Source: Eledone cirrhosa
Lineage: Eukaryota
Length of the DNA stretch: 64,000 nucleotides
Direction of reading: 5' to 3'
Assembly (NCBI GenBank): GCA_964016885.1
Contig: OZ024743.1
Span: 165,850,001-165,914,000, forward strand
Positions 45,610 to 59,352 of this stretch are shown here, in pieces. How positions within the stretch are numbered: the stretch's first letter is position 1; each line of letters starts with the position of its first letter. A model generated the notes under the pieces. It worked only from the letters and a program-made list of their open reading frames with translations, was not told where the DNA came from and searched no databases. Made by a program: the position numbers and the translations under genes.

Positions 45610-48600
45610 ATGACCTCACTCAGAATAGACAGCATAAATGCGCGTGGTTTGAGGTCGTCATGGAAGCAGGGCCACCTGTTCAACGACCTCAGGTCACTAA
45701 ACATAGATGTAGTGGCCATCAGCGAGACCAGAATCTCCGAAGCACGGGCCTTCGCACCGATCTTCGACGGCTACGATGTGGACGCATCTCCCAGTCGTCC
45801 TGGATCGGGGGGAGTAGTTGCTGTGCTTTTTCGGAGAGGTTTGGATCTTGCCATACGGGCCATCTTCCTGGACCCAGAAGGTAAGTTGGTGGTGCTAGAC
45901 GTGACCAGCGGAGACGGGCAAGCTTTCAGGTTAGTGGCCGTCTATGCCCCGACAGGAGCAGGGCGACCTGATTTCTTCCGGCGTCTGGAGACCTTTCTTG
46001 GAACGTCCCGCTCTTTAGTGTTAGTGGGCGACTGAAACGGGATCTTAGATGCACGCTGGGATTGTGTGGGATTAGTGGATAGGGAAGGAGGGTGCAAGAG
46101 TCTCACCAACCTGCTCAGGCATTTTGAACTGTCTGACAGGTACCGAATGGATTTCCCGAATGTACCAATGTAGACTTGGACAAATCGGATAGGGTCATCC
46201 AGATCATATCTAGATAGAGTATTTTGTAGGGAAATATATAGGTCTAGCATAGGCTGTCCACAATTCAAGATAGTCAGCTACACGGACCACAAATTCGTGA
46301 TCTGTGTGCTTGACTTAGATAGGCTCCATAGACGAGGACCCGGCTACTGGAAGCTAAACGCGTCCTTACCAGCGCGCAAGGCCCACAGAGACCGGATTAG
46401 CGAACAAGTTAAGCGGGCGTTGACGGGGGCCATCGTCAACAACAAGTGGTGGTTTGCTCTGAAAAGAGCAATTAGAATAGAGTCCATTAGGTTTAGTAAG
46501 ACTTTAGCAATAGAGAAAAATAGAGCAGAGGGAGAATTAGTTAGAAAATTAGACGAGGCGCTTAGCAAAGGCATCGCGACCGACGTACTTGCGGCGAAAT
46601 TGGCCCTTGACCAATTCTTCAATGCAAAGCACGAAGGCTGCGTTGTCAGAGCTAGGGTGCGTGCTCTCAGACACGAGGGGACGAAAGCCGTTCAATGGGC
46701 CCGAGTGGCGGAGGCGCGTCGTGGCAACAAGCCACGATCCGTTCCTTGGTGGACCACGACGGGCGCATGCTACTCGATCCCGGGCAAATGTGTGAAGCTT
46801 TTCAGCGACACTTCGCTCAACTGTTCGGTGTTAGTGGCGGGCCGGATCAAGGGATGGACTTTAGTGTCTACCTCGACGGACTGCCGCGGCTTTCGGCCAC
46901 TGAGGCGGAGTGTTGCGAAAAGCCGATAACAACCGCTGAAGTACGGGATGCAATGACTAGTTGCACAAGGGGTAAATCGCCTGGTTTGGATGGTCTGCCC
47001 TATGAACTTTACGTACAAATGCCAGACTTGTTCGGAGGCCTCTTGGCGGACGTCTACTGCAACTGGCAACAGAACGGGAGAATTCCCAGCTCTGTGAGCC
47101 GAGGAGCGGTGGCGCTGCTGAGAAAGGATCCGAACAAGGGGGATAACATAGATAATTTTAGGCCCATAACTCTGCTAAACACAGAGTTCAAGATTTTGGC
47201 CAAGGTGCTAGCAAAGAGGTTGGCGCTTGTCGTTGGTGGCCTGGTGGGAGAGGCACAGACATGCGCCATTCCCGACAGATCCATCCACGACAACCTCCAC
47301 CTCATGCGATACATCGTGGAGAGGGTAGCTAGGGAACCTGGCACGGGTGGGTCTTTGATCAATTTAGATCAGTCGAAAGCCTTCGATAGGGTCAACCATC
47401 GTTACCTAGCGGCACTCCTGAGGGCGGCTTGCTTTGGGCCCGTCTTCAGAGGCTGGATCGCTGCCATGCACAGCGACATCTGCTCTGTAGTGAGAGTGAA
47501 CGGTCACCTTTCGGAACCGTTCAACATCATGCGCTCGGTCCGCCAAGGATGTCCCCTCTCGTCCCTATTGTACGTATTGACTCTCGAGCCATTACTGCAC
47601 AGACTGGAGACGTTGAGGGGGGTCCCGCGCGAACTAGGATGCAGAAGATCCGTGTCAGCATATGCCGACGATGTCACCGTAGTGGTGTCGAACGCCAAAC
47701 ACATCGAGGCGATCGGCACTACACTAAGAGAATACGAAGCGGTGACAGGAGCAATGATCAACCAGGAAAAGTCAGTGGGCCTGCAGCTCGGCACCTGGAG
47801 AGGCAGATCTATGCCGGCCAACAGCGTCGTCGGGCGCTGGACGGACGGACCGGTTAAATTGCTAGGGGTGTGGTTCGGTCCAGACCTCCAGACGGACAAA
47901 AACTGGGACGAGGTGACGAGCAGGGTGGCTTCTCTCACCCAGAAATGGGCCGAGAGGAAGCTATCCCTGAAAGGTCGAGCGGAGGTGGCTAACGCGTACA
48001 TCGCGTCCGTCATCTACTACCGCCTGACCGTCGTACCTTGTCCTAAGCCCCGCCTGACTGCGCTGGAGCGTTTGCTCTTTCGCTTCTGTGGAAGGGACGC
48101 GCTCCGATGGTCAGGCGGTCCATCTGCTGTCAACACCCGCTACGTGGAGGGCTGGGCATGCCGTGGCTGATGATGCGCAGACACGCGCTCAGGCTACAAC
48201 ATCTCCACCTCTTCCTCGACGGTGATCAGGTGTGGTCGCCGTTTGCTAGACACGTTTTTCACCAGCTCGTCTCCTTGACGGAGCTGCAGTCCTGGGTCAA
48301 GCGAAGACCGAGAGGGAACGCTTGGAGACTGGAATGTCTTCAGGCGCTCACAGCCCTCGACCAATCGGGCAATGTGATCGGTGGAAACTCCACCTTGGCG
48401 TTCTATAGGGGAAGAGCGACGACGTACTTGGAGAAACTCTAGGCGTCGACGAAAATCAACTAGCCAATCTCTTCGGAAGGACTTTCGGGCCGGGGCCTAT
48501 GGACAACTTCCAGAAATCCCTGGCCTGGCAGTGCTACCGGGGAGCTTTGCCAGTTCGGGATAAACTCTGCAGGCATGGAGGTGTCGTCAGCCGGGAATGT

Positions 48601-48890
48601 CCGAGATGCGCGCAGGGCGACGAAACCGTCCTGCACGCACTCGTCCAGTGTCCGAGCATTGCTGACTTGTGGGTTTATGTCGAACACCTGCTGTCACGTG
48701 TAGGACGGATCCAGCTATCAGCTGAGTCCATCGTGAGGATTGCCCCGCCCTCTTCCTTTAGCCGGGAAGGGCAGGTAGTTTTTATCTGTCTGGTGGCCAT
48801 GGCTAAAGAGATAGTATGGTGGACACGTTTGAAAGGGCTGAAGACGAGCACTTACCTCTTCGGTGAGGCCCTGATTAACTTTTTCAAATT
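45610..48890 (+). pseudogene. LINE ORF2 (AP endonuclease plus reverse transcriptase), disrupted
   Basis: SINARGL, ISETR, VYAP, GD*N, YLDRV, TDHK; AYADDV. Confidence 0.9.
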
Positions 48891-50062
48891 TCATCATAAC
48901 TGCTTTACCGACCACAGCTGTGCGCCTTGGGTATGAGTAGTGTAGTTTTTGGTGGTGCTGTTTCTATTATATTGATAGTACTTTTCGTAATATGTGTGCA
49001 GTGCTATCTTTTGTATGCTCTATACATTTGTAAGTCCTGGGGTTTGGGCTATGTATTTGTCTGTGTATTTTTTTTATCATTCTTAGAGCACCTATTATTA
49101 TAGGTATTGTTTCGGTTTTCATTTTCCACATTCAAGTTATTTCTATTTCTAGATCTTTATATTTGGAGAGTTTCTCTTTCATTGGAAGATATATTGTCAT
49201 TTATGGGGATAGATACATTAATTAGAACGCATAGGCTAACCGACCAGAGATGTGCAGACCACATTTTAGTCTGTCGGCTGTGATGCAGATAAAATGAAGC
49301 GCTCAACGACCTGTATAAATTGTACAAGCCTGAGCATTGAATAGTCCAATACCCCTTTCCACTAAGGACACTCATGCATGTAATAAGTGGGACGCCAGAG
49401 TGAAATCTTTCGATATATAGGGAATGTCTGGAAGGGGGTTGGTTTGTAGGAATGTTCCCCGCAGCTTGCATTATACAGCAGTGAAACCGATCGGGGTGTC
49501 CGAGCCAACATGTTTAACCAGTAAGAAGCTATTAGTTAGTTCTGTTAACAATAGTGTTGGCTGACTTAAATAACTTAAAGTAAATATAAGAACACATGAA
49601 GATAAATTAGAGATAAATTAAATGTAATCCGTTGAGCTATGGTTAAGCGTGGAACGAGCGAGTAGTAGGGCTCTCAAACTCCTAAAACTTTTAGCCCAAT
49701 AACTACATTATATACTTTAATTTATTGTTAAGTTATACTGGTATCTATATTTAATATTATTTTATTTTATTTATTTTATTCTATATTTACTTCTTGTTTT
49801 CAGTTATAATATTCCAGTCGCTCATTCAGTTATCTCTTCCTCCCGCACATAACCTTAATAGTGTGGGGGTGTTGCAGACAAAGTTGACCACTAGGTTGGA
49901 AGGAGATGGCTGTCACTAATACAATAACAACCACTGTCTGATAGAGAGTAGGGGGTACGAGCTACTTGCAGAATAAGTTCCTACAACGATGAATTGCTAT
50001 TTTCGACATTTCACGATAGTGATGTAGGACAGGTACTGACCTGCACTTCTGCCACGGCTATT

Positions 50063-51140
50063 TCATAATTTGTACCTGTATAATGGCCAAATCCCTTTCA
50101 TGTGCATCTCTATGAGGGTCTTATATTTCTCCGTGGCTCCTTTGTATACTCTGATTCTGTCTCTCTGGTTGTAGCCAGAGAACTGCATGCGGTTGATGAA
50201 GTGTTGAATGTGTCTTTCCATTTCAGTTGGATCGCACATGCGGGGCACATTCTTCATCACTCGTACCAAGCCTGCGATTAGAATATAAAACGTAGCACTA
50301 TTGGACATCGCTGAGTTTTTGTGTGTAAGGTACTTGGAGGCCGTGGGTTTAGCATAATGTGGGTGGGGAATTTAGGTTTTTTCGTTTATAGTGTCTAAGT
50401 TTTAAAGGCGCTAAGAAAGACGCATCTAAAGATTAAAGTGGTAGAAAAGCCAGAAACTACCATAAAATCCCTGATCAGGAAAACATACCCCTTTAAGAAA
50501 ACCCACTGTACTAATAAGAAATGTGTTATATGTAGAATAATCCACAAATAATTTGTAAAACTAAAAATGTAGTCTATAGCATAAGATGTACAGAGGGTAC
50601 TTGCAGAAACATGACAACGACATACATAGGTGAGACAGCTCGAAGCATAGGGGAGAGACTAGACCAACACTGGGGTGAAATAAAAGGATAAAAAGACGGT
50701 TCGGTACTATATGAACACGCCAGACAAAGACATGATGGTAATATAGACAACATAGAAATTAAAATAATATCTAAACATAGAAATGACTCAACAGGTAGAT
50801 AAATCAGAGAAGCAACTGAAATAGAACTAAGAGAACCAAAATTAAACAGAAAAAATGAATGGAATAACAATAACAAGCATACACAAACACACAATACTGA
50901 CCTAAGATAAATATAAATAAATAAATAATCAAACACAGGTACAATAACAACAACCACTCATAAACACACACAGACTCAGACACGAACACACACCGAACAG
51001 AACACACACACACAAACACATGCGCAAAGAGAGACAAGAATAAATAAATAAATACAAATAATACAACGGGAGGAAACATAATAGTACCACTGACGATGTC
51101 ACAGGTGTGTGATGAAAGAACTTTGTTAGACTATATATAT
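50063..51140 (+). mobile_element. 5'-inverted PLE relic: RT-thumb fragment on minus (50063-50365), GIY-YIG on plus (about 50400-50870), HHR at 51086-51127
   Basis: HYAKPTASK..SAMS..GLVR..SGY; CKTKNVVYSIRC..YIGETARSIGERLDQH..EH..LNRKNEW; acca CTGACGA tgtcacaggtgtgtgat GAAA gaac TT tgtt. Confidence 0.8.
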
Positions 51141-51291
51141 ATATATACTGTATTTATATCTATATTTTTAACCGTCGGTCAATCAATGATAAACATTGAT
51201 TGCCAGCTAAATTAACTATAGGGATATAAAATATACAGAAGCGAAAACCAATCCAAACCAAACAATGAGTGTTTTTAATTATTTCTGGCGA

Positions 51292-51512
51292 TGGGAGGTG
51301 GATTGGCAGTATCGGTAGAGCGTCGGACAACATGCTTTGCAGCATAGAGTTACGGTCCTTTACGGTCTGAGTTCAAATCCCGCCGAGGTTAACTTTGGTT
51401 TTCATATTTACGGGGTCGATAAAATAAAACACCAGTAACGTACTGTGGTCGATTTAATCGACTTTCCTATCCCCCCAAATTACTGGCCTTACGCCTATAC
51501 TGGAAATCATTA
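51292..51512 (+). mobile_element. Full-length SINE (longer subfamily)
   Basis: A box, B box, core, extra gtcgatttaatcgac hairpin. Confidence 0.9.
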
Positions 51513-51544
51513 TTATAACAATATGACCCTCCCCAAATATAACA

Positions 51545-51663
<119 letters not shown>

Positions 51664-51726
51664 CATACATATATACATACATATATATATATATACATAT
51701 ATATATACACATATATATATAAATTT

Positions 51727-51835
<109 letters not shown>

Positions 51836-52388
51836 ATAAAAATATTTGCTTGTTGTATCCCAACAATTTAAATAGAACTCTTACATATATATATATATAT
51901 TTATTAAAATAACAGATTAAAGTTTAAGCAAAGAATCGCTGCTTTCACCCTTAAGGGGATCTTCTGAAACTAATATATATATTTATGTATGTAGGTGTGG
52001 GTGTGTAAATGGTAAACCGGATAAATTTATTCAGGTCTTTAGATATAAAGAATAATAAAAATACTTTGATCTTTTTTTACAAGAATTAACCTGTATTACA
52101 TAACTGACAAGTATCATATACTTGAATAGGTAAAGGTGGAAATGGTGAAAATACGAGTTTCCTAACCCGCTAAGAAATGAAGGGGCTTATTCGAAATAAT
52201 TAACATCGGATACCTCATTTTAATAGCGCTTGTTGGAACCTTGTTTCGGATCAGCGCCTGCGCAGACCGGTGGGGGTGAATTGGTACTCACAAGGGAACG
52301 GACGAAGAACCCGAGAGCTCACACTTTGTCCGTTCCCATGTCGATTCAATTTGGATTGCCTCGGAAACATAACCTTATTATGTAACAA

Positions 52389-52462
52389 GCTGTCTGACGA
52401 TGTCGCGACACTGGCGCACGGAACAGTGTGGTCACTGTCGCCAGTGAAATATATATCACAGC
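52389..52462 (+). ncRNA. Type I hammerhead ribozyme with a complex stem II
   Basis: gctgt CTGACGA tgtcgcgac actggcg..cgccagt GAAA tatata TC acagc. Confidence 0.75.
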
Positions 52463-52511
52463 ATTATTATTAAAGGACTTGACCATCTGATACTACTTCG
52501 CTTTTCCTTAT

Positions 52512-52543
<32 letters not shown>

Positions 52544-52834
52544 TATTAAAATAACAGATTAAAGTTTAAGCAAAGAATCGCTGCTTTCACCCTTATATAT
52601 ATATAGACCTCGATGTTATATGTTCTGGCTTGTTAATTTATTAACCCGCCATAGAACCACATTGGCATACTGTTGGATAATACTTGTTTCCCTATATGTA
52701 TTTTTTACACGTAGGAATTCATACTTTATTATTATATATATATATATATGGAGATCCAGGGTTAAATCGGGGATAACCACAGTAAGTAAGGTACTCAATA
52801 CATAGCAGAGTAAAAGTAATTTAATATAGAAATA

Positions 52835-52883
52835 GCTTCTACAGGACTAGAACTGTTTCATTCGGAGGAAATCATCAGAAAGC
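52835..52883 (-). ncRNA. Type I hammerhead ribozyme with a conventional stem III
   Basis: Minus strand: gcttt CTGATGA tttcctccgaat GAAA cag ttctagtc ctg TA gaagc. Confidence 0.8.
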
Positions 52884-53172
52884 CGACTGTCAATGTAAAA
52901 TTCTGGTATTTATACATTTTTCATGGTAAGGGGAGGATAGTGGTGGGAGGAGGTAGAGGTCATGGTGGGATAAAAGAATGGGGATGCTGAGAAAAAACAA
53001 AATTTATTTCGAGAAAGAAGTTTAGTGGCAAGTTGCAATTGAAATAAACATTTCCTTATTCTATAGTACAATTTTGAATAAAGGGTATATCAAGTACTTG
53101 ATCGAACATCTGTAGAAATGGTAGGTAGGACAAGGTTACAAGCGCACACGCCAACACACATGCGCCCACGCT

Positions 53173-53210
<38 letters not shown>

Positions 53211-53304
53211 TAAATACATATATACACATACATATATACAGACACACATACACACATGTATATATATATGTATATATACATACATATATATATATACATA
53301 TATA

Positions 53305-53908
53305 TGGTGGCTGCCAACTCGTTTTCGAGTATGGCCACTACTTTATATCCATGTAGGAGAACTCCTACCGATGCGCTGAACGAATGTGACTTTAGTCCAG
53401 CCAGCGACTTGAAAACTCTGGTACAAACACTACACTTGTGACAATTATTGACCCATAGTGCTAGGCCCATTGTACCCTGTGACGACAAGTGCAGAGAGAT
53501 CTCCAGATATAAAGCAATGCCTGTGCCGTGAAGCTTTTATAGTGAGCAAAGGCACTGCACAAAGCCAGTCCCACTCTCTTAACCAACATGATATTTACCA
53601 AAAAGAAGAACAAGTCAACATCATTGGATACCATCAGGGTTCCAGGTGTTATATCAGAGTTTTCCTTCTCCTAGAATTCTGCCTTGACAAAGGCTAAGGG
53701 GTCATCTCTCCCGGTAATTTTGGATGGCCATTGACTCTTAAGAGTCGTTTGCCCTTTGACAGGTTTTGTTTTTAGTCCTGCAGGATGTCCAAAGTCACCC
53801 TCCTCACCAAGAAACCTTAGTGGGGTTGCCAGTTTAGTCGCCAACGACCCGACCATGGGACAGGTTGTACTGGAATACATGTTACCAGTAGCACCAACTG
53901 GTGACCAT
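53305..53908 (-). mobile_element. Probable RTE-derived non-autonomous element
   Basis: CSVCTRVFKSLAGLKSH C2H2-like motif resembling RTE C-termini; flanked by TA-rich repeats. Confidence 0.4.
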
Positions 53909-54024
53909 ATATATATATACATATATACATATACATATATACATATATATAAATATATATATATACATATATATATATACATATATACATATATATAAAT
54001 ATATATATATATACACACACTCTT

Positions 54025-54086
<62 letters not shown>

Positions 54087-54280
54087 TAGCAAGAATCGTA
54101 TTTCGGCTATTGGAAATTAGCGAAAAAACAACTTCCGAGATGTGTGGCAAGCGCTCCATAGAAGCTAGTGGACTAGAACTACAACATAAGTTAAAAGGCC
54201 AAACACACTGAGACGATGGTTAAACCATTATCCGCACAGCCATAGAAACGACCAATCAATTCGTGTCAAACAAATAAAAT

Positions 54281-54674
54281 ATAAACGGAAAAGATGAAAC
54301 GAAATTTCATTTCTCACTCTTAGTACGGCTGTTACTTAAATATAAGTATATATACGTACATACATATATGTATACAGACGTACAGTAGTATGTATATATA
54401 TATACATACATGCACACATATAAATGTACGTATGGATTCACCGAACATTTATTATAATGCTCGGTGTGTTTGTAAACAAACATCCCGTATTAAGCCGTAC
54501 AGTGTCTAGCAACCATCGTTGCTCATTTGTTCAACACTGACAAAGGAACGCTCTACTAATCGACCGAGTTAATCGCTGTGAGTTAATCGGCCGAGGTACC
54601 GAAAACGTTAAACGGAAAAAATGAATTTCGTTTCATTTTTCCGTTTATCGTTTTAGGTACACCCGGCCGATTAA

Positions 54675-54678
<4 letters not shown>
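54281..54678 (-). mobile_element. Dispersed, internally deleted retrozyme-like copy ending in a fold-back hairpin
   Basis: Matches the array unit to about 54557; HHR core missing; hairpin about 54578-54678. Confidence 0.85.
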
Positions 54679-54712
<34 letters not shown>

Positions 54713-54800
54713 ATTACAACAGCAAGAATTTGTCATCTCTGTATTGAAGAAATCTTTCATATAATTACCAATCCTGGTAATATTACTAACAAAAGGAAAG

Positions 54801-54993
54801 GGCGGTGGATTGGCAGTATCGGTAGAGGGTCGGACGCCATGCTTTGACGCATTGAGTTACGGCCCTTGCTATTCTGAGTTCAAATCCCGCCGAGGTTAAC
54901 TTTGCCTTTCATCCTTACGGGGTCGATAAAATAAAGTACCAGTAATGTACTGGGTATTTGCTGGCCTTGTGCCAAAAAGTAGAAACAATTATT
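54801..54993 (+). mobile_element. Full-length SINE
   Basis: A box, B box, core, tail. Confidence 0.92.
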
Positions 54994-56178
54994 AACAAAA
55001 AAAAGAAAATATTTAATTCTTGTTTGCATCGATTTCCAGAACATTTCACAATGTTTATAATTTATAGAAACTACTACACTATGGTCTATATAAGTTGGCT
55101 ATATACAATATATATTTTTAATTGTTTTTAAAATGTTCTTAAAGTTATACATAAAAATATTTCTTATACAATGTAAAAAAACTATTATCAAAACCATATT
55201 TGCTATATGGTGCTCTGAAATCTTATATGAATTATTTACTTATATTATAATATAAATTATAATTAATTATTAGGTTGAACATTTGATGAAGCAATATATT
55301 ATTAAATATCTATCGTAAACATACCTTCAATTACTAAATATTAGAGTTATCTTCCCTAAAAAATGTTATTTGCATACATTTCAACTTGCATAAATGTTTA
55401 AATATTATATTACTAACCATATGCAATAATAGATTATATATAAAAATATACATCTTTACTTAAGAAATATAATTTCACATTCTTCAAATGCATATATATT
55501 ATATAATGCATATATATTATTGCTCTATCTTACGCTCGTTTATAATTATATATACTTAAATAAGATCTATATTCACGCATAATCATTTATGTAATAAATA
55601 ATTATTTATTTTTTAAATAACGATATATAATAATGTCTTATACTACAATACATTATATTTATAACTACACTCATGGTATTAAAATATATGCGAAAAAATA
55701 TATCCACTCATATATGTAAATATAGTGATTCACATATTATATTGTTGTAATTGATTTAATGAATTAATAGTTTATAATTTAATGCAATACATTATCATTC
55801 TCATCTAAATATTATAAATACTTCCATATTCTTAAAATATATATTAAAAAAATTAAATATATAAATAAGTATAATTATATCATTCTTTCTAAACCCATGC
55901 CTATATTTTTGGGTGTATATATGTATATTTCTATAAATAATTCTAAAATAATTCTACAATCATTTTTTCAAATTTAATAGCAATCCATTAAAAAAATTTA
56001 AATAAGTATTTAAAATATATCTAGCGTCTAAACTTAACGGCCTTTTTCAGTTTTAACGTTATCCTCATTAGCATATTTCCCTTGAGTGTTGAACATTTCT
56101 ATTCACTATCCTCTCTGAACTTATAACATTGAGTTCTCATGAAGACATGTCACTATCTTAACACCAATTATTATATTA

Positions 56179-56370
56179 CGGCGGTGGATTGGCAGTATCG
56201 GTAGAAGGTCGGACAACATGCTTTGACGCATAGAGTTATGGCCCTTGCCATTCCGAGTTCAAATCTCGCCGAGGTTAACTTTGCCTTTCATCCTTACGAG
56301 GTCGATAAAATAAAGTACCAGTAATGCGCTGCGATAATTGCTGGTCTTGTTTCAAAAGTAGAAGCAATCA
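56179..56370 (+). mobile_element. Full-length SINE
   Basis: A box, B box, core, tail. Confidence 0.9.
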
Positions 56371-56431
56371 TATTTTATCTGACGAAAGCGTACTTAAATA
56401 TTAGAACCCTTGAAATACGTATAATAAAATA
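56371..56431 (+). ncRNA. Type I hammerhead ribozyme
   Basis: tattttat CTGACGA aag..ctt GAAA tacgta TA ataaaata. Confidence 0.85.
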
Positions 56432-56586
56432 AATATGGTTTTATAAAGATATTTGTCATTTATTAATATTATTGATATTAATGATACTCAAGATAAAAAT
56501 CTGTTGAGTGCTTCTAATCTGTTGTAAAATTAACTTTGTTGAATAATCAACAAACCAAATAATTCATTGTTTTTTATATATATATA

Positions 56587-56623
<37 letters not shown>

Positions 56624-56716
56624 ATCTATGTAAAAGGTAAACAGAAATAACAACACAATCGGTACAGTATATGGAAGAAATATATTAGGTTAATGCTTGA
56701 AATAGCAGGAAGAGGG

Positions 56717-56752
56717 TCTTAACGCTTCGGATGCTAGTCCTTCATCAGAAGA
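56717..56752 (-). ncRNA. Mutated minimal hammerhead ribozyme
   Basis: Minus strand: tctt CTGATGA agga ctagca tcc GAAG cg TT aaga (GAAA changed to GAAG). Confidence 0.55.
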
Positions 56753-57971
56753 AAGAATGAGAAATAGGATAGATTGAGGGGACGGGCGGGTTTGAATTGG
56801 AAAAAATGTTTTTAGATAAAAATAACAGATCCATTCATGTTGACATCTCTTAAACGATATGCGAATATATATCAAATGAGAAACGTACTAACATTCAATA
56901 CATATATACATATACTAGAGGGACCCGTTGAAATTCCACAGACGAAAAACATTAAGAGGACTTATTTAAGAGATGTTCATCTAGCTGTATATTATCTCTT
57001 CTCTCCTGTTGTCTTAGTCTACCTTGTTCTAAAATCGTATGCTTCTGTTCTTCATCCATTTCCTCGCGTCTCTGTACACATACATACATAATTTATTACA
57101 ATTGTGTGTGTGGGGGTATGCATATTTATACATTTATATGTATAAATATATAAATATAAACACACATACACTTACACAAACGCACATACACGTACACGCA
57201 CACAAAACCACACACATACACTATCACAAAAGCACACATGCACTCATACAAGTGTAACTAATTTTGGAACGCTCATCGATATTGTGTTTCACCATCCCCT
57301 TCCTTCCTCAATCATTACATAGACTAGAGAAAAACCGCCCATCGAACGGTTTTCTGCTAGCATATGTAGTGTGCGCAAATATATATGCATATTATACGCA
57401 AATATATATGCATATAGATATATGTAAATTGAAAAGTAAATTGACAATATCTTCTTCTTCGCCCACTTATTTCTGAGAAGGTCGTGGTTTCTGAGAAGGT
57501 CGTGGGGGCAGAGTCTTTCTCAAACACTCCTTCCAGCGAATCTGTCAGAAGCAAACATCTCTAACTGATGCAGGTGGATCCCAAAGCGTGACCAGCCAAG
57601 CTCATGGATGTTATCCAATTATCTTGCTCATAGTCTACCTCTGGGTCTCTTGCCGGTTGGTTTTGCCTGTAAAATGTGTCCAGTGATTCTTTACTGAGAG
57701 ATTCTAACCACATGCCCATAATATCGGAGTTGTGATTTCTCTATTCGGAAAAGTAGCGGCACTACCAGGGGTGACTCTCTGGTCTCTGAGCTATGTACTT
57801 TATCGAGTAACGTTACTCCAAAAACCCTTCGGAGGAAGCCCATTTCTGCCACTTTTATTTGCAATTTCATTCTTTTGGCCATTACCCAAGATTCATGATC
57901 CTCGGTAAGAGTTGGCAGGAATACCAGGAAGACAACGAGTTTGGCTTTTACACCTACCTCCCTTCTGATTA

Positions 57972-59352
57972 CACCGTGTAACATATTTTTTGTTCCCCGG
58001 TTCTAAGCGTCATTTCGTGGTTTGTTATATCCCATTATTATTGCCGAGGTTAACTTTGCCTTTCATCCTTACAGGTCGATAAAATAAAGTACCAGTAATG
58101 TACTGGGTAATTACTGGCCTTGTGCCAAAAGTAGAAACAATTATTTTAAAAAAAACACTATTATTTAATCAGAAGTTTGGGTTTGTGGTCAGGAGTTTGA
58201 TATTTCGAAATTTTCATATTTTTCAAGAAAAAACACATTTCTTTTAAATTTATCAGTTCATATAATTAAATCAACAGAGTATATATTTATTTTATTACAC
58301 AAGCTTATCAAAAGCAAACAAGAAAAAACAAATAACACTTATTAAGCAACTTATACACGTCAGAAATGACTGGATTTCCTGGATTTACGGTTGTATTCCA
58401 GGTCGCATTCCCGCACTAGCCCCCAGATATAGTCCCCCATCATTTTTTCATTGTAGTGGCCCTGGTACCTCTGCTCTATCTCTTTCACATCTTGGTGGAA
58501 TCGTTCGCCTTGTTATTCTGAGTAGGCGCCCATATTGTCCTTGAATTTTTCCAGGTGAGCGTCCAGCATATGGAGTTTAAGCGACATCCTGCATCCCATG
58601 GCGCCAAAAGCCTTTATCAGATCCTGCACCGGTTGCTGGTAGTTTTCAGCTCTGTAGTTGCCCAGGAAGCCCTTAACAACTGCCTTGAACCAGTTCCATG
58701 CTGTTCTCTCAATCCTATTGAGCTTATTGGAGAACTCGGTAGACTCAAACACCTTTATCTGAGGTCCAACAAAAATTCTACCTTTGATTTTGGCCTCAGA
58801 TAACTTGGGAAAGAACTCAAGAAGATACTTAAAAGGGGCTGATTCTTGGTTGAGAGCCTTCACAAATTGCTTCATCAACCCCAACTTAATGTGCAGTGGC
58901 CGCATGAGCACAATCCTGGGATCAACCAGTGGCTCCCACATGACGTTCCGGGTCCCAACTTCAAATTCTGTTCGCTGCTCCCAGTTCTTTCTTTTGTAGT
59001 TACCTTTTATTCAGGGTGAGAAAATCCAGTATCAATAAATCTCTTTAATCCACTTTTTAACAATTTTATACTTTATTGGACTTTTATAATTTTCTTTAGG
59101 TATTACTCTTTATTTTATAATTTTAATTTAACCTGAAACATATATTTAAAAAATCATTTAACATAAGCAAATTAAACTTACATACAACGTAAAATACAGC
59201 ATACAAATAATTCTAGTGAATAGCTTAGAATTTTTACAAACCCAAACTTTTAACTGTTTAATAGCACTTTTTTATTTATTTGGGACCTAAGCAACACAAA
59301 AAAGTGATTACAAGCCAGGAACAGAGAAAAAAAAATGTTTAGTTACACGGTG
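57972..59352 (-). mobile_element. Internally deleted Chapaev3-type DNA transposon
   Basis: TIR caccgtgtaac / gttacacggtg; TTA duplicated at 57969-57971 and 59353-59355; PLHIKLGLMKQFVKA..FPKLSEAK..FVGPQI..MSLKLH..QGERFHQD. Confidence 0.85.
58043..58145 (+). mobile_element. 5'-truncated SINE inside the Chapaev3 element
   Basis: Core and tail. Confidence 0.85.

Larger units (their letters stand above)
43560..48890 (+). mobile_element. Tx1/L1-clade LINE with ORF1 and ORF2, 3'-truncated and disrupted
   Basis: ORF1 with CX2CX4HX4C knuckle; ORF2 APE, RT and zinc finger in several frames. Confidence 0.92.
54710..56560 (+). mobile_element. 5'-truncated PLE related to the 28.5-kb element, with two SINE insertions and a terminal HHR
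   Basis: ICHLCIEEIFHII..NKR / IFNSCLHRF matches ICNLCLNEKFTII..NRR..SICLHKF; HHR at 56371. Confidence 0.7.

Noticed and set aside
49455-49497. GAAA ccga TC gggg with upstream cccc
   Set aside because: The CUGANGA half is missing, so it cannot be supported.
51930-51970. HHR in the short TA-adjacent repeat (minus strand cagaaga tccc..ggg tgaaa)
   Set aside because: CAGAAGA in both copies and no stem I or NUH match; at most a decayed motif.
54801-54895. tRNA genes
   Set aside because: The A and B boxes belong to SINE heads; there is no cloverleaf.
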